From positions 40,052,001 to 40,116,000 of the forward strand of contig OX597821.1 in assembly GCA_951406725.2 (NCBI GenBank): DNA of 64,000 nt. Direction: 5' to 3'. A model generated the notes under the pieces. It did not search any database and had not been told where the DNA came from. It saw only the letters and a list, made by a program, of their open reading frames with translations. Below are positions 13,506 through 28,949 of this stretch, piece by piece (positions within the stretch are counted from its first letter, which is position 1; every line of letters begins with the position of its first letter). The position numbers and the translations under genes are program-made. Source of the DNA: Octopus vulgaris. Its lineage: Eukaryota.

Positions 13506-13889
13506 TTATAATGTATTTTATATTACAATTATATATAATGTTCTATAGAACATATCTATGAATATATTAGCCAACACTCTGCATTATGATGATTGTAAAC
13601 AATATGTCTATATAATATGTTAATGAAGAGAAAAAGAGAGAATCATCTCCAACAACCGTGCCCCTCTCTTAACTACCAATGAATGTATTGCTTATGAAAC
13701 CGTTAATATTAGAGGTTATATTAAACTGAAGAATTACAGCTTAATTTGCATATTCAACTCTTTCCTGGCTGATGATTAAATTACACATGTGCTAACAGTG
13801 TTTCATTTCATTGCAATACAAGATATCCATAGATTTATTAGCCATTGTATATGTTATGATATATGTAAATAATACATTTATACATTTAT

Positions 13890-14503
13890 ACGCTTGGGGC
13901 CTGGTGTAGCCACTGGCTCTTCAGACCTCAGCCAAACCGTCCAACCCATGCCAGCATGGAAAACGGACGTTAAATGACGATGATGATGATGTATTTCCTG
14001 CTGGCATGGAGCAGATGGTCTGACTACATTTGGTCCATTGTCTGCATTGATATGGTTTGTTTTTCCTAATGCCAACTACTCTATATCCAACCCATGGTGG
14101 CACGGGTTGGACAATTTAATCAGAGCTGGCAAGCTGGGGAGCTGCACCAAACTCCTGTCTGATTTAGCATGGTTTTATATGGATAGATGTCCTTCCTAAT
14201 GCCAACCATTTTACAGAATGTGTTCAGTGCTTTTTATGTGGCACTTTTATGTAATAACACCCATGCAGCGCTATGTAAAAGCACCCATGTGTTACCACAT
14301 AAAAGTGTCTCTGCAATGTCACATAAATGTGCGGGTGGCACCATGTGAAAGCTCTCGTGCAATCCCATGTAAAAGCACCCAGCACACTCTGTAGAAACCA
14401 TACCAAATGAGACTTGAGTCTGGTGCAACTCCCCAGCTTGCCAGCTCTGGTCACATTGTCCAACCCATGCCAGCATGGGAAGTGGACACTAAATGATGGT
14501 GAT
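13890..14503. mobile_element. Cluster of RTE 3'-end fragments, including an inverted pair
   Basis: aacccatgccagcatggaaa...(gat)n tails; about 14100-14160 and 14410-14470 are reverse complements. Confidence 0.75.
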
Positions 14504-14932
14504 TCACAGAATGTATTGTATGCTTCTTCATGACACGAACGCAAGAGAAATCTCACAAGAAAAGATCCTTCAACAGAGTGAGGGTGTAGTATTAAGGGAG
14601 GTGGCTTTATGCCAGGTGTTGAGAGGTTAGGGTTTGATAGAGAGAGAGAGGTGGGGCAGCAGGTGTATTGCTGTAGAGGAGAGATATGGCTACTTTAACA
14701 GGAAAGGAAGAAAGAATGATGGAGATGAGGTGTGAAGATACTCAAAAGTAGATAGAAAGAGAACAGGGACAGAGCATTGGGGGTGGCTGAGGGGTGACTG
14801 GGTTTGTGGGAGTAGAAGGAGAATTCATATGTTGACTTTCCCTGCACTGGTTTTATTAAAACACCAATAGGTGTTAATTGCAACTGGAATCAATTTCTCA
14901 ATAGTTATCTGAGAGTTTAATGGTTGAATGCC

Positions 14933-15162
14933 TATTTCTTTACTACTATAAGGGGCTAAACACAGAGGGGACAAACAAGGACAGACAAATGGATTAAGTC
15001 AATTATATCGATGCCAGTGCGTAACTGGTAATTATTTAATCGACCCCAAAAGGATGAAAGGCAAAGTCGACCTCAGCGGAATTTGAACTCAGAATGTAGC
15101 GGCTAACGAAATACCACTAAGCATTTTGTCCGGTGTGCTAACGTTTCTGCCAGCTCGTCGCC
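14933..15162 (-). mobile_element. SINE family A with TSD
   Basis: Full copy; TSD ttaatgg(t/c)tga(a/g)tgcc at 14917 and 15163. Confidence 0.9.
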
Positions 15163-15847
15163 TTAATGGCTGAGTGCCATAAATTCCAACCCACATGGTT
15201 TTTGGTGCCCATTTGGTGTATTCAAATACTTTTGTTATAGCATAGTGTCTCCTGCTATGTAAGCTGTTGATGGCCATTATTTTTCACAACTATTTTCATC
15301 AACTGCAATCATTCTGCTGCCTTCAGCTATGAGTGTAAAATATCCATTCTGTATAGACAGGCATATTCTGTAACCATTTCGACTTGCCACCCCGCTACCA
15401 ATCTTTTTGATATATGGAATTTCAGCTTCTTTTTTTGGAGCCAGCTTACAAGTTAGAAAATATGGTTTGAGGAACTGGTTTTCCATGTTAAAATTGTTGT
15501 TACCATTTTGATTTCTTAAGTGTTACACTCCAGATATCAGTTCAATTTACTTGGTGCTAGGTCAGTCACTCTCATTTTTTGTCATCTCACATACCAGTAG
15601 CATGAAATCAACAATGTCTAGAAATAACTCGTTTTTGCAGAAATGGTCAAGATCAATTAACATACTGAACTGTAAGTTTCTGTAAGATTGATGGTTGACA
15701 AATTAAAACATTGGCTGGACAGAGAGGCTTCGAAAACTTTCTTGCGAAAGACATTTTTTTTTATCTCAACAATTTCTTAAAAAACTACTTTGGAAAAAAA
15801 AATACTTTGCCACACACCGTCCAAAGTATCCTTAATATTTGAGCTAT

Positions 15848-16258
15848 GGGGCAAGAGTGGCTGTGTGGTAAGTAGCTTGCTTGCCAACCACATGGTTCCG
15901 GATTCAGTCCCACTGCGTGGCACCTTGGGCAAGTGTCTTCTACTATAGCCTCAGGCCGACCAAAGCCTTGTGAGTGGATTTGGTTGACGGAAACTGAAAG
16001 AAGCCCATCCTATATATGTGTATATATATATATATATATATGTGCGTGTACGTTTGTGTGCGTGTTTGTCCCCTTAGCATTGCTTGACAACCGATGCTGG
16101 TGTATTTATGTCCCCGTAACTTAGTGGTTCGGCAAAAGAGACCGATAGAATAAGTACTGGGCTTACAAAGAATAAGTCCTGGGGTCGATTTGCTCGACTA
16201 AAGGCGGTGCTCCAGTATGGCCACAGTCAAATGACTGAAACAACTAAAAGAGTAAAAA
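15848..16258 (+). mobile_element. SINE family B, full length
   Basis: Reverse-complement homologue of 4117-4525. Confidence 0.9.
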
Positions 16259-18187
16259 AAGAGAGAGAGAGAGAGTATGGGGAAATCTGCTGATTTTTGT
16301 TATAAGCCAAATTGGTTACTTAAAATATAATGGAATTCATGCAGTCACTTTTGCTGTTGATTAAAGATACCTGGCTGTATTTCTTTGTTGATAATCTTTG
16401 GTAATGCTACAGGGATTCCTTTATATGTTTTACACAGTCTTTGTCTCATTAGATTGTTCCAAATGGCAGCTGAGTTTATCATGAGAAGCAACAGTGTAGA
16501 AAATGGCGTTGAGTAATTAATTAATGATTACTAAACTGCAGTCATTCTCTTGGGATAATGAAGGCTAAAGCTAGCTTAAATTATTTCATAGAGATGAAGT
16601 GTTTAGCGATGATACAATTGTGACTGAGTGCTGGGACATTAGTACTGCTAGTGTAAAACATCAATGCTGAGTCAATTCTTCACACTTAATGTCTCCAGCT
16701 ATCAAAATAGCATCAACTACAACTGCTTCTAATAGTCTTCACTTGCAGCAAAAATGAAAAATAGGAAAATAAAAAACAATAATTCTAATCATGGTTTTAA
16801 GATAGAAAATACAATTTTCATTTTTTTTTCTTTCTCTCTCTTTTCATTTTTTTTTTTATTTGGAATCTGTAGTGCAGCATTTTTTATTAATGATGCTGCA
16901 TTAGAATTTCTTATAAGGAAGTTCATTCTGTCATGGAAATCATGAAAATCATCTCGTCTTAAAAGCTTCTAATTTATTTTTCTATCTGCTTTTTTTATTT
17001 GTTTGTTTGTTATTGGTATTTCCTATTACTAAAAAGACAAAAAAAATAAAAGAAAGGAAAACCTAACAGGAGCTTCAACTACTTCAAACAACAACATAAC
17101 ACACAAAAAAACTAGACACAAAAGTAAAACAAGAGAGGTATTAGACATGAAGAAATAATACATCATAATGAAATGCCTTGTCAAACAAAAGAATACTAAT
17201 TTGGTAAAAGTAAGCCAAAAATAATAACAACAAATAAATAAAATAAGCAGTTAATTAACAAGGAGAGCCATAGAAAAAACAAAAAACAAACAAATACAAT
17301 GAGCATGTGGTTTTTTTTTTTTTGCCTCTCAACTTGTATTTTGTCTATGCAGAGTGCAGAGTGATCTGTGTTAGTAGATGTGTCATTTTAAGTTGGTACA
17401 CTTGTATTCTTCACAAGTAATGTGCATGAATCTGTAGACAAGCATGAGTTAACTGTAATTGTAAGCATGTTTTGTTTATTCTCTGGTTTTCATTGTTATA
17501 TTCAGAGATTTTCAGCTAAAACGATGTAATGAGTTGATAGTGGCAATGATGCTGATGATATCGGTGAGATTTCTGAGATAAGTGTTATCATTGTTAATAT
17601 AAGGCAACAATGATATAACAAGCAAAACATAGAAACCCCCTGTATAATCTTTCATGTGTTCTTTCACAATAACAAAACAAGGATAATAAAATAAACAATT
17701 TGATAAAAAGAACACAGTACATTTGTCTATTGAGAAATTATAGATGATTGTAGCTACGTATTTTCTGTTGGAGGTTATGCTTTTTTTTTTATATATATAT
17801 ATATGGTTTTAAAATGTCTGTTTATTCTTGTAGTTGTATTTCCACTGATTGCCAAGAACGGTTCTCAGAAAGCGTACACACTTAATATGCACAACACAGC
17901 CCAAGAAGCAGAGCATAATTCTTTTTTATCATATGGTTATGCTTTGAATTTTAAAGTATATATCTTTATCTCTTCCATCTCCAATCAGTAATTTTAAGTA
18001 TATGAAGTATGAAGGCGAAATATGTTAAACAAACAAAACAAAGAAACAAAACAAAACACCACAAAAAAAAACATATATATTTATGGGGGGAAATGTCATG
18101 ATTTGCTTGCTATAGCTTTTACAATTACTGGTGCAGAAAGAAGAGAAAATAAACAATCATAAAAAAAAATTCACCCAAAAACAAAGA

Positions 18188-19175
<988 letters not shown>

Positions 19176-19268
19176 TGAATCAGATTTTTAGGGAGGGGAA
19201 AACTGTTTGAAAAGTATACACTTGACTATATTTATTGTAAAGGGAAATCATCATAAAATGGTGATTAA

Positions 19269-19328
<60 letters not shown>

Positions 19329-19820
19329 GGCAGTGAGCTGGCAGAATCGTTAGCACACCGGGCAAAATGCTTAGCAGCATTTTGTCTGTCTTTAGGTTCT
19401 GAGTTCAAATTCTGCCAAGGTCAATTTTGCCTTTCCTTCTTCTGGGGTGTGTGGGTGGGGTGGGTGTGTGTGGGGGGTTCAATGAAATAAACTCCAGTTG
19501 AGCTCTGGGGTCAATGCAGTCAACTTCCTCCGCTCCCCTAAAATTGCTGGCCTTGTGCCAAAATTTAAACCAATATTATTATTATCATTATGGGAAGCTG
19601 TCTGAGTCATTAGCATGCTGGGCAAAATGCTTAGCGACATTCTGTCAATCTGCACATGCTGAGTTCAAATTCTTCTGAGGTTGACTTTGGCTTTCCTCTT
19701 TTCAGGTTTAATTAAACAGGTACCAGTTAAGTACTAGGGTCGATTTAATTGACTTTCCCTTTCCCCCAAAATTTCAGGTCTTGAACCTATAGTAGAAAGG
19801 ATTACTATTATTATTATTAT

Positions 19821-20374
19821 TGAGTGAGAGAGCAGTTCATACCATCAAAGTGACACTGGGGTAAAATATACGAAGCCCAATATACCCATCATGACTACCC
19901 GTCTGATAAAGGTACACCAGGCACATGTATCACAACCATATGTACGCGACATGGTGATCTCATATCAAGATAAACAGCACATGACCTTGCAGGTGGGGCC
20001 GAGTTAGAATTTTCTTCAGGTTGAGTAGCCCATCCCGCTCAAACGGTCCCTGAATAAGGGTTGTTTAAGGATGTTGAAAGAACCACCCATGTTTCCAGAG
20101 GTGAATTATTCAAACCCCAAAGAATCCCTCTCAACACATGGCTATGATGCTCCCCACTACTTCTGCTCGTGATCAGAGATGCACATATCGTCAGCCACTA
20201 AGGGACATGCTCAACTGGTTAAGGTCAAACAACTGACAAGCAAATCTGTGGTATTGAGCAGAATATTTGCTGTAGCCCATCTTTTATACCAAGACAAAAC
20301 AGTGTACATGATAACACTTCCAATCAGTTAAGATCAGAAGCCATGAGAGCCACTGCCTGGTACTGCATCAGGGC

Positions 20375-20375
<1 letters not shown>
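19821..20375. mobile_element. About 555-bp fixed-length element in (TTA)n, copy 1
   Basis: tgagtgagagagcagttc...tactgcatcagggc flanked by (TTA)n on both sides. Confidence 0.85.
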
Positions 20376-20445
<70 letters not shown>

Positions 20446-21165
20446 GGATAGTGAGCTGGTAGAATCGTTGACACACTGGATAAGATGTTTAGCTACATGT
20501 CATCTTTCTTTATGTGCTGAGTTCAAATTCTTTCGAGGTCGACTTTGCCTTTCATCCTTTCGGTGTAGATAAAATAAATACCAGTTGCTTACTGGGGTCG
20601 ATGTAATTGACTAGTCTCCTTCCTCAAAATTTCAGGACTTGTACCTAAATTAAAAAGGATTATTATTCTTGTTGATGTTGTTGTTGTTGTTGTTGTTGTT
20701 GTTATTTTTACTATTATTATTATTATTGGTATGATTATTATTATTATTTAGGCAGCAAGCTGGTTGAATCAGTTGCACCCTGAGCAAATGGTAAGTGGCA
20801 TTTCATTTGTATTCATGTCCTGAGTTCAAATTCTGCCAAAGTCGACTTTGCCTTTCATCCTTTCAACGTTAATAAAATAAATACCAGCTGTGAACTGGGA
20901 TCGATGTAATTAACTTACCCTTCCCCAAAATTGCTGGACATGTACCGAAATTTGAAAGCAGTGAGCTGGAAGAATCGTTAGCATGCTGGATGAAATGTTT
21001 AGCAGTATTCCAATCATTGCTACTTTCTGGGTCCAAATTCCGCTGAGGTCGACTTTGCCTTTCATCCTTTGGGGTTGATAAATTAAATACCAGTTGAGCA
21101 CTGGGATCAGTGCAATTGGCTTACCTACTCCATTGAAATTGCTTGCCTTGTGCCAAAATTTAAAA

Positions 21166-21208
<43 letters not shown>

Positions 21209-21209
<1 letters not shown>

Positions 21210-21763
21210 GAGTGAGAGAGCAGTTCATGCCATCAAAGTGACACTGGGGTAAAATATACGAAGCCCAATATACCCATCATGACTACCCATCTGATAAAGG
21301 TACACCAGGCACATGCATCACAACCATATGTGCGCGACATGGTCATCTCATATCAAGATAAACAGCACATGACCTTGCAGGTGGGGCCCAGTTAGAATTT
21401 TCTTCAGGTTGAGTAGCCCATCCCACTCAAACAGTCCCTAAATAAGGGTTGTTTAAGGATGTTGAAAAAACCACCCATGTTTCCAGAGGTGAATTATTCA
21501 AACCCCAAAGAATCCCTCTCAACACATGGCTATGATGCTCCCCCACTACTTCTGCTCATGATCAGAGATGCACATATCGTCAGCCACTAAGGGACATGCT
21601 CAACTGGTTAAGGTCAAGCAACTGACAAGCAAATCTGTGGTATTGAGCAGAATATTTGCTGTAGCTCATCTTTTATACCAAGACAAAACAATGTACATGA
21701 TAACACTTCCAATCAGTTAAGATCAGAAGCCATGAGAGCCACTGCCTGGTACTGCATCAGGGC
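21209..21763. mobile_element. About 555-bp fixed-length element in (TTA)n, copy 2
   Basis: Near-identical to copy 1, with the same termini. Confidence 0.85.
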
Positions 21764-21874
<111 letters not shown>

Positions 21875-21985
21875 GGTGGCAAGCTGGCAGAATCATTAGT
21901 ATGCTGTGCGAAGTGCTCAGTGGTATTTCATCTGCCATTACATTCTGAGTTCAAATTCTGCCGAGGTCAACTTTGCCTTTCATCA

Positions 21986-22187
21986 GGAAAATTTCAGCCA
22001 TTGCAAAAATTGACAAATAGGGGAGAAGCACTGCAAAACAAGGACACACCATGTGGCAGTTGAACCACACTTAACAACGCTCATGCCTGAGGATTGCATC
22101 AAGTGGCTTCTAGCAGCAGAAGCCTGAACTACAATGGGCTTCTCCCACAGAGAATGTTTCCGGTTACTTTTGGGTACCTCCTCGTAT
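21986..22187 (-). mobile_element. Mariner-like 5' end fragment
   Basis: Minus strand begins tacgaggaggtacccaaaagtaaccggaaac; homologous to 26371. Confidence 0.65.
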
Positions 22188-22974
22188 CTTAATAGTCAAC
22201 CATTCCAGGGGGTCCCAGCGTTTTTCCATAGATAACAATTACAACTTTCCCCCATTGAGTAACACCCCACCACACACACACACTTCTTAATGTCTCTGAA
22301 GCTGACAGAACTGCTAGCACGCCAGGTAAAATTCTTAGCCCCATTTTATCTGACTTCATATTTTGAGTTCAAATGCCACCAGGATCGACTTTACCTTTTA
22401 TCTTTTTAGGAATGATAAAATAACCACAAGTCAGGGACTGGGATTGATGTAATCAAGGAAAGGTTGACTATGGAAAGATTTGAACTCAGAACATAAAGAG
22501 CCATAAGAAATACAACAAAAATGTTTCGTTGGGTGCTCTGTCGGGTTTACTTATCCATTTCCATTAATAATCATTTCCAACAACAAAGGTTAAATGCAAA
22601 AATTGCTGGCCTTGTGCCAAAATTTAAGATCACTGTTTTCAAATATTTTCCAACTTCTTAATCAGCAATATTTTTTTTTTTTCATTTTCTGAAGAAGTTA
22701 CAAGGGTTAGGATTCTTTTTTGTCGATGCATTGTGCCATGGTCTCGAATTTTGGTACAAGACCATCAATTTTTGTAGGGGGGGGGGTGTAAGTGGATTAC
22801 TTCGACTCCATTTCTCGACTTGCACTTATTTTAATCAATCTCAAAAGGAGAACAGGCAAAGTTGACCTTGCCAGCATTTGAAATCAGAATTTAAGGCCAG
22901 ACAGAGTGTTGCAAATCATTTTGTCTAGAATGGTAACAACTCTGTCAGTTCAACACATTCACACCATGCCTAAT

Positions 22975-23400
22975 GATATCTGATCTGCATCGTTCAATCA
23001 TTTTGTGTGTCTGGATGTTAAAGTTTTATTGAATTTTTGATTTGCCAGGTTCATTTAGAACTTCTCTGGTCTTGATTAGCCCACTTGTCTGAAATAGAAT
23101 ATGAAATTTTTTTACATAGGGACCAGTGTAAATTGAAGTAGAGCACATCATGGCATCACCTACATTCCTTGTAAGCCATCATTTTATAACTTGCTGCAAT
23201 ATAATCAATATTTTCCATGTGTTCATTACATAGGCAGCATTGGTGATGCAATAAATATCCTTACTCCCTGAATTAGTATTTAGTGCTTGATCTTGAGCAG
23301 TTACCAATAAACTTTCTTCTTCTCTCTTTAAATCTCCATTCTGGAACCACTCTTATGATGAATCATGATTGTTCCCTTTGTATTTCTGCAGAATTGGTTC
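22975..23400 (-). pseudogene. RLE-type (R4/Dong-like) non-LTR remnant, zinc-knuckle region
   Basis: Minus strand WFQNGDLKREEESLLVTAQDQALNTN, then CLCNEHMENIDYI...CHDVLYFNLHWSLCKK, matching the AQDQAL / CxxC-H-C / RHD-HW pattern. Confidence 0.75.
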
Positions 23401-23952
23401 ATATAATGTCATTTCTTTAGTAGTGCCTTTTTTTCACAAATGGTCTGACTGTTCAGCATCATCAGCATCAGCATCGCTTTTGTTGTCGTTGTTGTTGTTG
23501 TTGCCTCTGTCATCATTTTAAAACATCAAAGATGTTTTGCAGTAATTGTTCTCGTTCTTTGTATTCTAAGTTCAAATCCTGCCAAGATTAACTTTACTTT
23601 CCATCTCTTAAGGGGTTTATAACAAAAAGCACCAGTCAAATACTCAACCTTCACTAAACCTTGCCCCCAAATTTTTGCATTTATCCTTTGTTGTTAGAAA
23701 TAATTTTTAATGGAAATGGATAAGTAAACTCGGCAGAGCACCCAATGAAACATTTTTGTTGTATTTCTTATGGCTCTTTATGTTCTGTGTTCAAATCATT
23801 CCATAGTCAACCTTTCCTTTTATACTTTTGGGGTTGATAAAATATAGCGTTATTACTTTTACTGGGGGTCGATAGAATTGATCAACACTGCTTCATTCTA
23901 AAATACATGGCCTTGAACAAAAATTTAGAACAACTATTATTATTATCATTAT

Positions 23953-24501
23953 TGAGTGAGAGAGCAATGTATATCATCAAAGTGACACTGGGGATACAAA
24001 TATATGAAGCCCAGTATATCCATCATGACTACCCATCTGATAAGGGGACACCAGGCACATGCATCGCAACCATGTGTACATTATGATGATCTCATAATCG
24101 GGATAAACAGTATATGACTTTTACAGGTGGGGCTTTGTTAGAATTTTCTTCAGGTTGAGTAACCCATCTCACTCAAAAGACCCCTGAATAAGGCTTGTTA
24201 AGGATGATGAACAAAACACCCATGTTTTCAGATGTGAATTATTCAATCCCCAAAGAATTCTCAAAATGTGGCTGTGATGCTCCCCCACTACACCCGTGAT
24301 CGGAAATGCACTTATCATCAGTCACATAAGGGACATGGTCAACTGGTTAAGGTCAAACAATTGACAAGCATTTCTGTGGTATTGAGCAGAACATTTGCTG
24401 TAGCCCATCTTTTACACTAAGACAAAACATGTACATGATAACACTTCCAATCAGTAAAGATCAGAAGTTATGAGAGCCATGCCTGGTACTGCATCAGGGC
24501 A
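23953..24501. mobile_element. About 555-bp fixed-length element in (TTA)n, copy 3 (more diverged)
   Basis: Same termini and orientation as copies 1 and 2. Confidence 0.85.
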
Positions 24502-24519
24502 TTTATTATTATTATTTTT

Positions 24520-24551
<32 letters not shown>

Positions 24552-24658
24552 TATTATAATTATTATTATTATTATTATTATTATTAGGCCTTGTGTCTTT
24601 AGTAGAAAAGGTTATTGTTATTATTATCATTATTATTATTATTATTATCATTATTATT

Positions 24659-24763
<105 letters not shown>

Positions 24764-25498
24764 ATCATCATCATCATTATAATTAAAGTGGCATTTCATT
24801 TGTCATTACATTCTGAGTTCAAATTCCACCAACGTCAACTTTGCCTTTTATCCTTTCTGGGTCAATAAAATAAGTACCAGTTGATTACTGGGGTCAATGT
24901 ATTCGACTCATCCCCCATCCCTGAAAATGCCGGCCTTGTGCCAAAATTTAAAGCTTTTATTATTATCATTAAGGCAGTGAGCTGGAAGAATCATTAGCAT
25001 TCTGAAGAAAATGCTTAGCATGCCTTATATTCCGGTGCCAGTGCCATTATGGAACTGACAACCATTATCATACCATTGCACACCTTCTACCGGTGAACAG
25101 AGAGCAAGACAACCTCTTTAGTGCTGGTGTCATAAAAAATACACCCAGTACATATTTTAAATGGTTAGCAAATGAGAAAAGGTCGGGTTGTGGGGTCCCC
25201 CTTGTTCTGAGTTGCCAAAGACTAATTGATCTCTCTCTCGGGCTGGTGTCTTGAGAAAATGCAAGCAGAACATTTCGTAAACTGGTTAAAGATAGAAAGG
25301 GCATCCAGCCATAGAAACTAAGGTGAAGGGGACATGTAAGCAACAGTTTATGGGTCCCAATAAGAACCAAGGTGAATCATAATGACCCATCTAACCCATG
25401 CCAGCATAGGGAATCAGATGTAAAATGATGATGACAATGTCGAAATGTATGTGTGTGTGAGAGAGCGGGAGAGTGAGGGAGAGTGAGAGAGGGGGAAG

Positions 25499-25546
<48 letters not shown>

Positions 25547-26370
25547 GAGAGAATAAGAGAGTTTCACTAAATGAATGGTGACAATTTTATTCCACTTCTT
25601 ATGACTTCTTAACTTTCATCGAGGAAATGCTAATGCTTGAAATTGTTACTAACCCCTTCAAAAAAATCATTTGTTCTGTGTAAATACCATTTCATTAACC
25701 ATGTTTTCAATTCTAGGACACTATTGTTTTATTTTTAACTCACAGGCATTTTACTTGACTACTTAGCTACAAACCTTTATGGCGCTAAAACTAAATAAAT
25801 TATTGACATTTTCCATAAACTTCCAATAACGTTGCTATGACCTTTGCGTTTGTCTTGACTATAAGAATATTTCCTATTTACAATTTTTCTAATGAAATGA
25901 AGGCAAAATCCATTCACTGAAAGTTATTTTACTGTTTCTCTGATAAAATCTACAACATGGAACTAATTTCTTTAATTTTAAACTTGTAAAGTGTTGCAGC
26001 AAAATAAAAAACGGTACACTTGGTGCCATTGTAGAATTGTCAAAGATTTTTAATACAAAGGGAGTTAAACATAGGATAAAACAGGTTTTCAGACTGAAAA
26101 ATTTAAGCAAGAAATGTCTTTAATGTTTGTTTGAAAATAACTTGAATGAAAATAAATAAAATTAAATGTCATCCTTTTGTATAAAGGAACACGTATATAT
26201 GCACACATGCAAGCACTGGCACACACTTGTGCACACATATTGTGCCAAAGTAGATACAGAAAGTAAAAGGCTGTTCTACAAATCACCAGTTTCTCTCAAG
26301 CCATCCAGCCCAAGCAAGGAAGATGAATGCTATCTAATGACAATAATGATGAGGAGGATATATATATACA

Positions 26371-26607
26371 TACGAGGGGGTATCCAAGAGTAACCAGAAA
26401 CATTCTCTGTGGGACCATCTCATTGTAGCTCAGGCTTGCACTGCTAGAAGCCACTTTATGCAACCCTCATGCACTTTATGCCACTTTATGCAACCAGCCA
26501 GCATTGTTAAGTGTAGTCCTACTGCCACGTGGTGTGTCTTTGCTACTCAGTGCTTCTCCACTGGTTGTCGATTTTTGCAATGGTTGAAACAAAGAAACAT
26601 CATGCTT
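26371..26607 (+). mobile_element. Mariner-like 5' end fragment
   Basis: Begins TA-cgagggggtatccaagagtaacc (mariner-type TIR start); truncated by an RTE tail at about 26610-26740. Confidence 0.65.
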
Positions 26608-27858
26608 CCATGGTGTTAGGAAGAGCATCCAGCCATAGAAACCATGCCAACAAGGATAATTGAGCTGAACACAGTCCTCTGGCATACTGGATCCTGTCAA
26701 AACCATCCAACCCATGCCAGCATGGAAAATGGATGTTGACCCTGTAGCATTCAAATTCCTCTGTCAAATTTTATGCTTGTTTACATTTTTAAAAATTAAA
26801 ACCATATTATGTAGTTTCAAGATTTTGATGATGGATGTGATTCACATTACAAAGTAGGTGTGAGAGGCTGGATCTGCCCAGTTTGAAGATAAAACATATA
26901 ATATTTGGCCTGGATTTAGCCACATTAAATGCTAAAGGACTAAATGATGATGATAGTGATGATGATTATGATGATGATGATGATGATGATGATGATGTTA
27001 ATGATGATGGTTATGATGATGATGTATATGTATGTAGATATCTATGTAAATAATTATGGATACTCATGCATACACAAACACAGACATACACATGCAGAAA
27101 CACACACACACAGACAAACACACACTCACACACACATACACACCACAACAAGAGATTTTTTTCCTTTACTCTCATTTATAAAAAGCTAAAATCAAAGAAC
27201 ACAAACGAAGCTACAAATTCAAAACCTGATGACTTAAATCTATGTTTGATTGTTTGTTTTTATTCTGTCAATATTACGCTTACATTTCGTTCCACTGATG
27301 TCTCTGTTCATTGACACCATTACACAAACAGAGCAGAAGAACAGTGAAACGACTTGTACTTTACAACAGATCCAAGCAGTAACATTTATTACATGCATGA
27401 GAGAAAGAAACAATGGAATGAAATACAAACTTATTCATTTATAGAAGAAAAGAAAAGAAAAGATGAAAAAAAGAATGAAAGACGATGCCTGTACCGAGTT
27501 GACACAGTACATCAGTGTTAGCATAGAATCAGAAGAAGCAGAGAACGGATTGATGAAATTGAATTAAAAGAAATTGTAATCAAGAAGAAAAAACGAAGTC
27601 AATAAAGTGTGAGACACAAAGATTGAAAATAGTTATGTTACAACAAAATTGTGAAGTTAAATTAATTCCAACTGATCTACCGTTTACAGGAATTTTGGAA
27701 TTGTGCGCATCTCAAAAAGGGGACAGAACAATATACTATTTGGGATAATATTTAAAAGATTAAATTTGAAATTGCAACCATAGTGGCACCGTGAGCAAGA
27801 AACAGCTTCAAAACAACCTAGACAAAATGGTCTCATATGATAATGATAATTACAACAA

Positions 27859-28090
27859 GGCAGCGAGATGGCAGAAACGTTAGCACGCCGGGCGAAATGC
27901 GTAGCCGTATTTCGTCTGCCATTACGTTCTGAGTTCAAATTCCGCCGAGGTTGACTTTGCCTTTCATCCTTTCAGGGTCGATTAAAAAAGTACCATTTAC
28001 GCACTGGGGTCGATATAATCGACTTTATCCGTTTGTCTGTCCTTGTTTGTCCTCTCTGTGTTTAGCCCCTTGTGGGTAGTAAAGAAATAG
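27859..28090 (+). mobile_element. SINE family A, well preserved, with TSD
   Basis: TSD ataatgataat(t/a)acaacaa at about 27840 and 28091. Confidence 0.92.
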
Positions 28091-28125
28091 ATAATGATAA
28101 TAACAACAACAACAACAACAATAAC

Positions 28126-28640
28126 ACCGGAAAAGGCAATGGATGAAAAGAGGAAGGCAAAAATCCTCTGGGACTTAGATTTCCAGACAGACAAAGTGTG
28201 AGAGCACCGAAGGTTGAATATAGTAACCTTTAGGAGGGACAAACAAGAGTGCCAAATAATCGATGTGGCTGTGTCAGGAGATGAACATATTATCATGAAA
28301 GAAAGAGAAAAGATAAATATGGGGACCTGAGAACTGAGATTGCCAAGATGTGGCAGCTACGAGAGTCAAACACAAAGGTTATCCCTATGGTAATTGGAGC
28401 ATTGGGTTCAATACCATCCAACCTGAAGAAAAATCTGGAAACATTAGAAATACCCTACAATCTAGGTGTATTGTAAAAATCGATATTACTTGGAACTGCA
28501 CACATATTGGTTAAAGTAGTGTCTGTCTGAGGTCCTTTTTGTGACTTGACAAACAGTACAAACCCCCTGTAGACACAATGTCTTCAATAAACAGCATCGT
28601 GATATTGGATACTGTGCAACATCTACAATAATAATAATAA
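28126..28640 (+). pseudogene. 3' end of RLE (R4/Dong-like) retrotransposon, PD-(D/E)xK endonuclease
   Basis: KAKILWDLDFQTDKV*EHRRLNIV...ECQIIDVAVSGD...KYGDLRTEIAKMW...KVIPMVIGALGSIP...KSILLGTAHIL; ends in (AAT)n. Confidence 0.88.
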
Positions 28641-28649
28641 TTTATTCAA

Positions 28650-28860
28650 ATTTTGGCTCAAATCCAGCAATTTTAGAAAAGTGGAGGTAAATTGATTACA
28701 CCAACCCCTAGTGCTTGACCTACACTTTATTTTATTGACCCTAAACAAATGAAAGGTATAGTTGACCTCTGCAGGATTTGAACTCAGAACATAAAGAGCC
28801 TTAAGTATTGCCCCTAAGCAGTTTATCTGGCACATAAATGACTCTGCCAGATTGCCACTG
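28650..28860 (-). mobile_element. SINE family A, diverged
   Basis: gatttgaactcagaac and gaaagg...gttgacc motifs. Confidence 0.75.
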
Positions 28861-28883
28861 TTGTTGTTGATGACAACGATGAC

Positions 28884-28937
<54 letters not shown>

Positions 28938-28949
28938 AGTAATGAACTT

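Noticed and set aside
15165-15490. Minus-strand ORFs as a possible Tc1 remnant or exon
   Set aside because: Only vague similarity (TMWVGI); no TIRs or clear splice sites.
16630-16700. Hairpin gctgggacattag / cttaatgtctccagc as a pre-miRNA
   Set aside because: Stem too short and loop too large.
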